A DNA stretch of 56,392 bases, from the NCBI GenBank assembly GCA_026414385.1, contig JAOAJC010000003.1, forward strand, positions 1-56,392, written 5' to 3'. Source of the DNA: Candidatus Pacearchaeota archaeon. GTDB lineage: Archaea > Nanobdellota > Nanobdellia > Pacearchaeales > GW2011-AR1. Positions 35,620-44,488 of the stretch are shown here, in pieces. Under the pieces are notes generated by a model. It saw only the letters and a list, made by a program, of their open reading frames with translations, did no database searches and had not been told where the DNA came from. Position 1 is the stretch's first letter; the number at the start of each line of letters is the position of its first letter. The position numbers and the translations under genes were made by a program.

Positions 35620-36252
35620 ATGATAAAAATATTAATTTTTGATTTTGATGGAACAATCGTTGATACAAAAGAAGTTTATTTTAAAATGATAAATAAACAC
35701 TTAAATAAAATCGGGATAGGAAAAAGACAAATAGAAAAGACAATAAAACTCGGAATGAATTTATATGATAGTATAAGGGAAATGATTCCTTCTCGGATTT
35801 ATTCTTGGTGGTTAAAAGAGAAAATAACGAGAGAGATAGTCAAAGAGATAAAAGATATAAAAAAATGCAAGAATGTTGATGCGATAAAAGAATTTAAAAC
35901 AAAGAAGATATTAATCTCAAATTCGTATTCCGATTTTGTTAGGCCCATAATAAAACATTTGAAATTAAAAAAATATTTTAATGAAATATATTGTGCTGAT
36001 GATTTTAGAGACAAAGCAGATTTTATTAAGAAATATTTAAAATTAAATGAGATAGATGCAAATAGATGCTTGTATATTGGCGATAGAGTTAGTGATATAA
36101 AATTAGCAAAGAAAGTCGGATGTTATAGCATAATTATTTTAGGAAAATGTGCGTGGGACTCGCGAAAAGAAATTATGAAAGAGAAGCCAGATTTTATAAT
36201 TAGTGATTTGAGTGAAATAAGAGAAATTTTAAGAAAGTTTAATTCTGTGTAA
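35620..36252 (+). CDS. HAD-superfamily hydrolase (phosphoglycolate phosphatase-like)
   Basis: LIFDFDGTIVDT (motif I), ISNS (motif II), GDRVSDI (motif IV). Confidence 0.82.
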   Translation: MIKILIFDFDGTIVDTKEVYFKMINKHLNKIGIGKRQIEKTIKLGMNLYDSIREMIPSRIYSWWLKEKITREIVKEIKDIKKCKNVDAIKEFKTKKILISNSYSDFVRPIIKHLKLKKYFNEIYCADDFRDKADFIKKYLKLNEIDANRCLYIGDRVSDIKLAKKVGCYSIIILGKCAWDSRKEIMKEKPDFIISDLSEIREILRKFNSV

Positions 36253-36308
36253 TTAAATAAGAGCAAGAATATGCAAAGGTTTTTAAGTAGATTAAAAAAA
36301 GAAATTTA

Positions 36309-36953
36309 ATGGAACTCTGTGCAAGAAGAAACATTGGTTTTGGGAGAGAAATTCTAATCAAAGAGATTATTGAGCTATTTAAAAAACATTTTGGAAGAGA
36401 TGAAAAGGAATTAGCTCTGTTTAGAAAGTGGTTAAAATTAGCCAATAAAAAATATGGTGATGATGAATTGACTATAGAAGTTGCAAGAATAATGGATGAG
36501 GGGTATAACAAAGCGTTAGATTTGGGGAGATATATAAGCGCGAGGATTTTTGAACTAAATGGAAACAAAAAAATGAATTATGAGGAAGCATTAGAATTAA
36601 TTGGACTCAGAAGATTAAAAATTGGCAGCGCGTTATATCATTTTTCAAATATAAATCATGGAATGGGTTTTGAAGGACATAGGGGAATGTGTTTAAGTGA
36701 TTCTTCTGATTTTGGAGAGGTAGTTGCTAATATAGACATAGAAAAAGAAGTGTATAGGCATATATGCGATATTAGAAATCCAAAATCAATAATTGACCAT
36801 GATGCAAGAACTATTGCAAAAACTTATTCAGCTGGCAGAATGGGAATAGGCGACATAATAAGAGAATTTATTTTTAACGAAAGAGGTGCAAGATGGTATG
36901 AATTAGAAGAAAGCGGGGCGATAAGAGTAATAAAGGTGGAAAAAGTTAGATAA
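36309..36953 (+). CDS. Hypothetical protein, 214 aa
   Basis: Clean ATG ORF, no family recognised. Confidence 0.55.
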   Translation: MELCARRNIGFGREILIKEIIELFKKHFGRDEKELALFRKWLKLANKKYGDDELTIEVARIMDEGYNKALDLGRYISARIFELNGNKKMNYEEALELIGLRRLKIGSALYHFSNINHGMGFEGHRGMCLSDSSDFGEVVANIDIEKEVYRHICDIRNPKSIIDHDARTIAKTYSAGRMGIGDIIREFIFNERGARWYELEESGAIRVIKVEKVR

Positions 36954-36954
36954 A

Positions 36955-38229
36955 TTAACAGCAATAAAGCTTATCTGGTTTTTTATTTGTATCGATTTTT
37001 CCAAACGGATTTCCAAATTTTTTAACATTATCTATCATTTCTGTTATTGAAGAGGGCTCTATTTGTTGTTTAACTAACTCTTTTCTTAAATCTCTTATTA
37101 AATCTGATAGATTTATTTTCATTGGACAATTTTCTTTGCATTGTTGACAAGTTGTGCAGAAGAAAGCCCCATTATTAAAAGCGTCTTTTTCTGATTCTTT
37201 GAAAAAGGAAGAAATAACTCCTTTTGCACCTGGAAAATATTTTGCGCCGTATCTTGAAAAAATTTGGTGATAAACCGGACAGAAATTCAAACATGCGCCG
37301 CAATTGATACAATATAATAACTCTTTAAATTTAGAGTTTAAGATAGTTGTTCTTTTATTGTCCAATAATATTAAATAAACTTCTTTTGCTCCTTGTGCGC
37401 CGCTAATTATTTCATTTTCTATATCTGCTGTTTTGCTTGGGCCAGAGATAATATTAACATAAACAGGATAGTCTTGTCCTGTTCCGAAAATGGAAGAGGC
37501 GCGGATAATTTTAAGGGCTTCTTCTCTCGTCTCAACAATTTTATCAAAACTTGTTAAAATAATATGCTTCTCAGGAATTCTTGAAATAAGCGATATGTTG
37601 CCTTCGTTCTCTAATATAAAAATGCTTCCATCACTTGAGATAACATTTGCGCCAGTTATGCCTATTTTTGCATTAAATATCTTTTCTCTTAAGATGTTTC
37701 TTACAAAACAAACTATCTCTTTTGGATTTGGATTGATATTAATGTTGAATTTTTCTTTTATTTTTTTTGAAATTTCTTTTGGAGTTAGGTGAAATGAAGG
37801 CAAAACTGGATGAATGCCTTTTTCTTTGAAAAGTTGAATGATAAAATCTCCCAAATCTGTTTCAATTATTTTTTTATTTTTTAACGCATTTTCTAAATTA
37901 ATTTCTGTTATTGTGTTTGATTTTGATTTTATGATTGTTTTTTCCTTACCAATAATTTTTTTTATTATGTTTATTGCGTCTTTTACAGTTTGGGCTTCAA
38001 TTACATTTATGCCTTGATTTGACAAATTTTTTATTGTTTCTTTTTTAAGTTTTACAATGTTATTTATTGATTTTTCTTTAATTTTTCTTAATTCTTCGCA
38101 AAACTTCTCTTTTTGTTCTTCGTTTAATAATTTATCTCTTTTCTCTTTATATGAATAGATAATAGGAATAATTGTTTTTTGGGTGTTTTCGTTATTCTTT
38201 ATGTCGTTTTGGAGATTTATTTTTTTCAT
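36955..38229 (-). CDS. LutB-like iron-sulfur oxidoreductase (LUD/DUF162 domain plus 2x[4Fe-4S] ferredoxin motifs)
   Basis: CINCGACLNFCP and CTTCQQCKENCP. The ATG overlaps the stop of the upstream CCG-domain gene (ATGA). Confidence 0.78.
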   Translation of the reverse strand: MKKINLQNDIKNNENTQKTIIPIIYSYKEKRDKLLNEEQKEKFCEELRKIKEKSINNIVKLKKETIKNLSNQGINVIEAQTVKDAINIIKKIIGKEKTIIKSKSNTITEINLENALKNKKIIETDLGDFIIQLFKEKGIHPVLPSFHLTPKEISKKIKEKFNININPNPKEIVCFVRNILREKIFNAKIGITGANVISSDGSIFILENEGNISLISRIPEKHIILTSFDKIVETREEALKIIRASSIFGTGQDYPVYVNIISGPSKTADIENEIISGAQGAKEVYLILLDNKRTTILNSKFKELLYCINCGACLNFCPVYHQIFSRYGAKYFPGAKGVISSFFKESEKDAFNNGAFFCTTCQQCKENCPMKINLSDLIRDLRKELVKQQIEPSSITEMIDNVKKFGNPFGKIDTNKKPDKLYCC

Positions 38230-38966
38230 TTTAATTTTTGTTTGTTATTTTTTTCATCAAAGAAAAATTGGCTAATTTCTTTAACATCAATCTCTTTTGA
38301 ATTTTCTTTTAAGTTTAGATAACACATTGGACAGGAAGTGCAAAGCATTTTTGCATTTGTTTCTTTTGCCATTTTAATTCGTTCTTTTGCTATTGAGTTT
38401 GCTAGTTCCGGATAATTGGATTTGACTCCGGAACCACCACCACAACAAAAAGAATAATTTTTTGTTAATTTCATCTCTTTTAAATTGCCTGATTTTTTTA
38501 TGATTTCTCTTGGCTCTTCATAGATTTTTTCATATCTCCCCAAATGACATGGGTCATGATAAGTTATATCGTGATTAAAATTTTTTGGATTTATTTTTCC
38601 ATCTTTTATTGCTTTTGCGATTGTTTGAGTGATATGTTCTACTTTTATATCCCAATTTTTAATAAATCTTGGATAGTTAGATTTAAACATATGGAAACAA
38701 GCCGGACAATTTGTAATTATTTTTTTTACTGCTCGTTCCTTGAATAACTTAAAATTTTTTTCAACTAATTCTCTCGCTTCTTTTTCATGTCCGGAATTTA
38801 AAACAGGATTACCGCAACAAACCTCTAAATCTTTTAACATAATAAAATCGATGCCAATTTTATTAAGAATCTTTTTGTAATTTTCTTCTAAATCTTTTGC
38901 TACGATTTTTGTTAAACATCCTGGATAATATAATACGTTGCCACCAAAGAAATTTAGGATTCCCAT
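38226..38966 (-). CDS. (Fe-S)-binding protein with two cysteine-rich CCG domains (LutA/GlpC/HdrD-like)
   Basis: YYPGC...CCGNP and YHDPCHLGR...CCGGGSG. Confidence 0.82.
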   Translation of the reverse strand: MGILNFFGGNVLYYPGCLTKIVAKDLEENYKKILNKIGIDFIMLKDLEVCCGNPVLNSGHEKEARELVEKNFKLFKERAVKKIITNCPACFHMFKSNYPRFIKNWDIKVEHITQTIAKAIKDGKINPKNFNHDITYHDPCHLGRYEKIYEEPREIIKKSGNLKEMKLTKNYSFCCGGGSGVKSNYPELANSIAKERIKMAKETNAKMLCTSCPMCYLNLKENSKEIDVKEISQFFFDEKNNKQKLK

Positions 38967-39031
38967 GTTTATTATTAAATAAAGAAAGATATTTAAGTTT
39001 TTGTAAAAATTTTAAAAATTAAATTGTGGCA

Positions 39032-40141
39032 TTAAATCCAATTATAGACAGAGTTTAATAAATAAATTGAAAGAAGAAGCATAATTATGCCTGCTGCTAA
39101 TCGCATATATTCTTTGTTAGTTTCAACCCAAATTGAAATTTTTTCCGTTTTTGTTCCGTAATGCATTGTAAAAACAATTATTACTAATGGCAAAACAAAA
39201 ATTAGATTATATAACAACAAATAGGAGATTCCAAAAGTTTTGTTAATATGCATTAAACTTAATATTGCTAAATAAATTCCACCTGTGCAGGGAAGTTCAA
39301 CTAAAGAAACGATTATTCCTAAAAGAATTATTGCAAACAATGTTCCTTTTTTTGCTATTTTTTCTAAAATTGGTTTGGTTGAAATCGGAATTCTTAGAGA
39401 TATGCCTTTTCCATACCAAAAGAAATCTTTTATTTCTATTATGCCGCCTATGAAAACTAATATTCCTGCGCTGACAATTATTGGTTTAATAATTCCGGAA
39501 AGGGAAGTTAATAGTTTCATTATTCCTAATCCTGCTGAGAAATAAACTAAAAAAATAACGAAGGTGTAGATAAGTCCGTATTTTAACGCTCTTTTTGATG
39601 ATGCCATGGTTATCATCGTGGCTAAAAGAAAGATTAAAACTCCAAAAGCACACGGATTAATTGAATCAATAATAGCAGCGATAATTATGCTCCATATAGT
39701 TAGTTTGTGGGCATCAGGATTATCCGAAGAGAGTCCTTCTGACTTTATCCCTTTTTGCGGGATACAATTTGTTAAGGATTGTTTTAAGTTATTAATTATC
39801 GGAGTATCTCCTATAAAATAAGAATAACCTTTCTCACACTCAATAACGAGAAGAGGAACCCCTCTTTGATATGGGCTTATTCCTAATTTATCCGCGAATT
39901 CTGCGTATTTTTTTCGATTTTCTTGATTGTTATAAACCTCTAATTGATAGATTGTAACATTCTCTATTTTTGCAGCTTCTTCTAAAATTCCAGAGTTAAT
40001 TACATTCTCGCAATGAGGACATCCAATTCCCCAAAAGAAATAAACGTTTTTTTGATGATTCTCTATGGTTTTTGCTTGAATATTGGCAATTAGAATTAAG
40101 AATATAAAGAAAGATAAAACTAAACCCAATCTCTTTTTCAT
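39032..40141 (-). CDS. Thioredoxin-fold domain fused to a CcdA/DsbD-type thiol-disulfide transporter
   Basis: Signal peptide, WGIGCPHCENV, then polytopic TM domain with INPCAFGV and ELPCTGGIY. CTTATAAA (reverse complement of 40163-70) lies 29 nt upstream. Confidence 0.82.
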   Translation of the reverse strand: MKKRLGLVLSFFIFLILIANIQAKTIENHQKNVYFFWGIGCPHCENVINSGILEEAAKIENVTIYQLEVYNNQENRKKYAEFADKLGISPYQRGVPLLVIECEKGYSYFIGDTPIINNLKQSLTNCIPQKGIKSEGLSSDNPDAHKLTIWSIIIAAIIDSINPCAFGVLIFLLATMITMASSKRALKYGLIYTFVIFLVYFSAGLGIMKLLTSLSGIIKPIIVSAGILVFIGGIIEIKDFFWYGKGISLRIPISTKPILEKIAKKGTLFAIILLGIIVSLVELPCTGGIYLAILSLMHINKTFGISYLLLYNLIFVLPLVIIVFTMHYGTKTEKISIWVETNKEYMRLAAGIIMLLLSIYLLNSVYNWI

Positions 40142-40200
40142 AGGATAAATAATAAAAAATGCTTTATAAGTTTAATGAAAAGATTTATTTGGGCAGAAAG

Positions 40201-41112
40201 TTACATCTTCTTTAAAACATTAATTCTTTCTTCTATTGGCGGATGAGTTGAAAAAAGATTTTGAATTTTTTTCTTGAACGGGTCTGAGATAAATAGAGGG
40301 GCGAGTGCTTTTGGATATGTTATTTTTTCTTTATTTGTTTGTTCTGGAGAGAGATGTTCATTCTTTATTTTTTGCAATGCGGAGATAAGTCCTGGAGAGT
40401 ATCTTGTAAATTTAACTGCTGAGGCATCTGCTGAAAATTCTCTTTTTCTTGATATCGCCAAAGAAACGAGCTGAGCAGCTATCGGGGCTAATATCGCAAC
40501 AATTATTGCTATAAGAAAGAAAATTGCATTTTCTCTTTCCTCTCTATCTCTTGATGCAAACCACAAATTTCTAAGAAAAATTTGAGAGATTATTGAAATC
40601 ATTCCTATAAGAACAGTTGTTAGCGTCATGAACCTTATGTCATAATTCGCTATGTGCGACATTTCATGAGCTATAACCCCCTCCAATTCTTGTTTGTTTA
40701 ATTTATTTAATGCACCTGTTGTTATACAAATGACTGCGTTGCGGGGATTTCTACCAGAAGCGAAGGCATTAATTTCATTAGATTCCATTACATATAATTT
40801 TGGCATTGGCAAACCAGAAGCAAGAACCATATTTTCAACTGCGTGAAAAAAATTTCTATGCTTAATTGGAGAGGCGGGTTTTGCCCCAACTGATGCGATG
40901 GCAATATTATGAGAGTAATAATAACTAACTAAGACATATGACAAAGAAAAAATTATTGAGATAACCATTATAAAAAAGAAATAACTTGGATCAAAAACAA
41001 AAGAAATTACATAACCAAGCAAAACAAAAAAAGCAAAAATTATTATGATTAAGAGAAAGGATTTTATTTTGTTTTTTGTTATTTCGTCTTCAAAAGATAA
41101 TCTTTGTTGCAT
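40201..41112 (-). CDS. htpX: Membrane zinc protease HtpX (M48)
   Basis: HEMSHIANYD, four TM segments, C-terminal STHPPIEERI. TTTAAAAT (reverse complement of 41134-41) lies 29 nt upstream. Confidence 0.92.
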   Translation of the reverse strand: MQQRLSFEDEITKNKIKSFLLIIIIFAFFVLLGYVISFVFDPSYFFFIMVISIIFSLSYVLVSYYYSHNIAIASVGAKPASPIKHRNFFHAVENMVLASGLPMPKLYVMESNEINAFASGRNPRNAVICITTGALNKLNKQELEGVIAHEMSHIANYDIRFMTLTTVLIGMISIISQIFLRNLWFASRDREERENAIFFLIAIIVAILAPIAAQLVSLAISRKREFSADASAVKFTRYSPGLISALQKIKNEHLSPEQTNKEKITYPKALAPLFISDPFKKKIQNLFSTHPPIEERINVLKKM

Positions 41113-41181
41113 ATTGATAAGAAATAAATAGACATTTTAAATCTTGTTAATTTAAAACATTAGAATTCTTAATTTTTTATT

Positions 41182-42162
41182 TTAATAATAGGTGCCGGAT
41201 TTTTCTAACAATTCTCTTGCTTCTTGTAAATCTTTAATTACCTCTCTCATTGAAGAATATCTTTTATCCTCTTGTCTTGAAGATGCGGGTTTTGTAGAAA
41301 CCATTCTATTCACTGATTCTATAAGTTTTTGATGCCCTTTTTGATAAAATGATGGTGGCCAAATTAAGTTTAATGGAACATTTGTTGGCAAAATTAAGCA
41401 AGAATTGCCTGATTTGGCTAATTTAATTCGAGAAGGAAATTGATTAAAAGACAAAAGTTCATATGCTATAACACCTAATGAATAGATATCAAAATAAACA
41501 TCAAACCTATCTTCAGTTAAAATATCAGGGCTAATGTATTGGGGAGTGCCTAAAATTTGTCTTATTCTTTCACCTCTTAATCTTGCTGCACCGAAATCTG
41601 TGAGTTTTGGTTTTCCCATAATTTCGCAAAGCAAATTTTTGTTAGTGTCTGCTTTGATTTTTGCGCCCATTTCAAATATGATATTTCCTGGCTTAATGTC
41701 ATTATGAACATATCCTTGTTGATGAACAGCATAAATTGCTGATGCAATATCTTCAATAACTTTTATTTTTGATGGTAAGGAAAAATCTTGGCTATTCTCT
41801 ATTAAACCTTCCAAAGTTAGTTCAGAGCCCCTTTCAAGAATTGCAAAATTAGGGAATTGTCTATTGAGGTGAGAATCATACACTTGGATTACATTATCGC
41901 CTATCTTTAAACAAAGAGTTTCTTGAATTTCTATATCTCTTTTAAAAACATCCCCTCCATATTTTAATGAAGAGCAGTATTTATTTGTAGTGTTTTTATG
42001 AGGAGCAGGATTTATTTTGGGAGCGCATATTTTTATTGCCACAGGTTTTCCGTTATTTCCGCGATATCTTCCAGGAAAAACTATTGAAAACCTGCCTCCC
42101 CCTAATTGAGAATTAAATTCTGGTTCTATTTGCAATGCTGACAAAATATCAATTAAATTCAT
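41182..42162 (-). CDS. Eukaryotic-like Ser/Thr protein kinase
   Basis: GGGRFSIVF, VAIKI, HNDIKPGNI, DFGAAR, GTPQYISPD. Confidence 0.88.
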   Translation of the reverse strand: MNLIDILSALQIEPEFNSQLGGGRFSIVFPGRYRGNNGKPVAIKICAPKINPAPHKNTTNKYCSSLKYGGDVFKRDIEIQETLCLKIGDNVIQVYDSHLNRQFPNFAILERGSELTLEGLIENSQDFSLPSKIKVIEDIASAIYAVHQQGYVHNDIKPGNIIFEMGAKIKADTNKNLLCEIMGKPKLTDFGAARLRGERIRQILGTPQYISPDILTEDRFDVYFDIYSLGVIAYELLSFNQFPSRIKLAKSGNSCLILPTNVPLNLIWPPSFYQKGHQKLIESVNRMVSTKPASSRQEDKRYSSMREVIKDLQEARELLEKSGTYY

Positions 42163-42372
42163 TTTAGGAAGTAGTAAAAAAATATTGGTTTATAAAGTTA
42201 TCTTTTTAATTGAATCTCGATTAAAATTGATAAATATACGACCATTGCAGAGATTTATTTTTGATAAATAGGACTATAATCCTTTAATAAAGCAAACTAA
42301 AGCGCGAAATTGTTTAAGTAAATTAAAAGTATGAGATTTAATTAAAATCAAAAAAATATTTATGAGAGCGGA

Positions 42373-43107
42373 TTAGTGTGTAAAATGTTTGAGGAAAAAC
42401 ATTATTGAAATGCCAAGAATGAAGATTAAAAAAGTTAGGAGAGATTTTGAGAGCGAGTATTCTTTTTTTATCTCTGGAATTAAGTCAGAGGCAGCGACAT
42501 AAATAAAGCTACCTGCTGCAAATGGCAAAAGCAATAGTGTTAGTTGAGAAACAAAATTAAAAAGATAAAAGCCAGTTATTCCGCCGAGAACAGCAAAGAG
42601 GGCGACTATGAAGTTTATTATGAGTGCTTTTGTTTTTTTGAAACCGCCATAAACTAAGATTCCAAAATCACCTATTTCTTGAGGAATTTCGTGAATGGCA
42701 ACAGCAATCGTTGTTGCGATACCGAGAGAAATATTTGTTAAGAAACTTGCCGCGATTATTAATCCGTCAATAAAATTATGAATGCCTTCTGCTATTAAAC
42801 TCATATAAGCAAAAGAGTGGATTTTGCAATGGTTGTTATGGCAATGGTGCCAGTGTAGGATTTTTTCTATAAAAAAGAACGAGGCAAAACCAAAAACAAC
42901 AAGGTAGAGAGATTTAGATGAATTTTCTATGGATTCAGGAATAAGATGGAAAAAAGCCCCGCCAATTAAAGCCCCTGCAGAGAGAGCAACAAGGATAAGA
43001 AGTATTTTTTCAAAAGATTTTCCCTTTAATAACAAAGTTATGACCCCGATAAATGCAATTAAACTAATCAAAAATGTGCTTAAAATAATTGCAACTATTA
43101 TTTCCAT
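42373..43107 (-). CDS. zupT: ZIP-family divalent metal transporter
   Basis: Polytopic membrane protein with HEIPQEIGDFGIL and a His-rich loop (HWHHCHNNHCKIH). Confidence 0.88.
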   Translation of the reverse strand: MEIIVAIILSTFLISLIAFIGVITLLLKGKSFEKILLILVALSAGALIGGAFFHLIPESIENSSKSLYLVVFGFASFFFIEKILHWHHCHNNHCKIHSFAYMSLIAEGIHNFIDGLIIAASFLTNISLGIATTIAVAIHEIPQEIGDFGILVYGGFKKTKALIINFIVALFAVLGGITGFYLFNFVSQLTLLLLPFAAGSFIYVAASDLIPEIKKEYSLSKSLLTFLIFILGISIMFFLKHFTH

Positions 43108-43193
43108 TTTTTAATTATATAATATAAGAAAAAGAGTTTATTAAGTTAATGTTATAAAACGTATTTAGATTGGCGAGAGCAAGAGATTATTTC

Positions 43194-43403
43194 TTAATTT
43201 TTATTTGGTAATGGATAGAAAGTATATTCCCTACCCCTTTTTATATGGGTGCCGGGCTTTCCTAAACTATATGTTGTTACGGTTTTATCTGGGCGAGTTC
43301 TTTCCCATAATGGAATTCGATGCCCTTCAATGATAAGAGCCATTCTGGTAGTTTCTGCTATTTCTTGAGTATATTCTTCTCTCAAATGGTCTTGGTTTTT
43401 CAT
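43194..43403 (-). CDS. Hypothetical protein, 69 aa
   Basis: ATG ORF. TTTAAAAA (reverse complement of 43426-33) lies 30 nt upstream. Confidence 0.45.
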   Translation of the reverse strand: MKNQDHLREEYTQEIAETTRMALIIEGHRIPLWERTRPDKTVTTYSLGKPGTHIKRGREYTFYPLPNKN

Positions 43404-43647
43404 ATTGTTAGTTTAAATTAAAGTATTTTTAAAGGTTTGCTTGTTCGTGTTTAGTTCAATCAGAATCTTCAACTAAGCTGTGTTTATTGTAAATTTTAAA
43501 ATTAGTTTAACATAACAAATTTATGGAAAAAAAGTTTAATCAAAATCTCCAAAGGATTAAAGAATCATTAAGTGTTAGATGCGAGCACGAAATAAATTAA
43601 TCATATAATAAGTTAGGAACTTTTTAAAAGATAAATTAAAAACCAAA

Positions 43648-44244
43648 TTAGAATTCTATTTTAGGAACAGATTTCTCTGAAGGGGCTATTTTTAAATATT
43701 CTTTTGGTTGTTTGCTGTATATTTTTGCAAAGAAAACTCCTGGGAATGTTGTGCATGAATTATTGTATATGAGTATTGCATCATTGTAATATTGTCGTGC
43801 ATAAGCTATTTTGTCTTCTATTGCTGATAGTTCTTGTTGTAAATGCAAGAAATTCTCATTTGCTTTTAAATTAGGATAGTTTTCAGCGAGTGCAAAAATT
43901 GATTTCAAAGCTGTTTGTAATTGGTCGCCTGCCTTAACTTTTGATGAAATGTCTTTTGCTTTAAGAAGGGCTTTTCTTGCTTCTGTTACCTCATTAATTA
44001 TTTTTTTCTCGTGCTTCGCATATCCCTTAACAGTTTCTATTAGATTAGGAACCAGATCGGCTCTTTTTTTTAATTGGACATCTATTTGCGAGAGAGAGTT
44101 ATCAATTCTATTAGATAAGATAACAAAGCGATTAAAATAATAAACAAAAATAATGGCAATTAATAATAGAATCGCTAATAATACCCATATGAAAAATGCC
44201 ATAATAATTTTAATTATTTTGGGTTTATAAAGGTTTTTTTGCAT
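43648..44244 (-). CDS. lemA: LemA-family membrane protein
   Basis: N-terminal TM segment then NRFVILSNRIDNSLSQIDVQLKKRADLVPNLIETVKGYAKHE. Confidence 0.92.
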   Translation of the reverse strand: MQKNLYKPKIIKIIMAFFIWVLLAILLLIAIIFVYYFNRFVILSNRIDNSLSQIDVQLKKRADLVPNLIETVKGYAKHEKKIINEVTEARKALLKAKDISSKVKAGDQLQTALKSIFALAENYPNLKANENFLHLQQELSAIEDKIAYARQYYNDAILIYNNSCTTFPGVFFAKIYSKQPKEYLKIAPSEKSVPKIEF

Positions 44245-44341
44245 TCAAAAATCAAAAGATGAGAAAACGAAAAAGTTTAAATACTTATTAAAACTTATTT
44301 TAAATAATAAAAGATAAATAAAAATTAATAAAACTAAGTAA

Positions 44342-44488
44342 ATGAAAAAAGAGTCAATAAAAAGGTTTTTATTGGAAGTTCCTGAAGATATATGGGAAAG
44401 ATGGAAAAACACAATTCCGAGAACAATTTCGTTGAATAAAGCGCTAATAGAGCTTTTGAAAAAAGAAGGTGAAAAAAATGAAAAATAA
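44342..44488 (+). CDS. Small ribbon-helix-helix (CopG/Arc-like) protein, 48 aa (unannotated)
   Basis: MKKESIKRFLLEVPEDIWERWKNTIPRTISLNKALIELLKKEGEKNEK has a beta-alpha-alpha pattern. Its last 11 nt overlap ATG 44478 of the giant surface protein gene. Confidence 0.55.
   Translation: MKKESIKRFLLEVPEDIWERWKNTIPRTISLNKALIELLKKEGEKNEK

Noticed and set aside
36239-36568. Track ORF 36239..36568 (-) overlapping the start of 36309..36953 (+)
   Set aside because: The S/L/F/I-rich translation looks spurious, and it would run antisense across the HAD gene stop. The + strand ORF is longer and has a protein-like composition.
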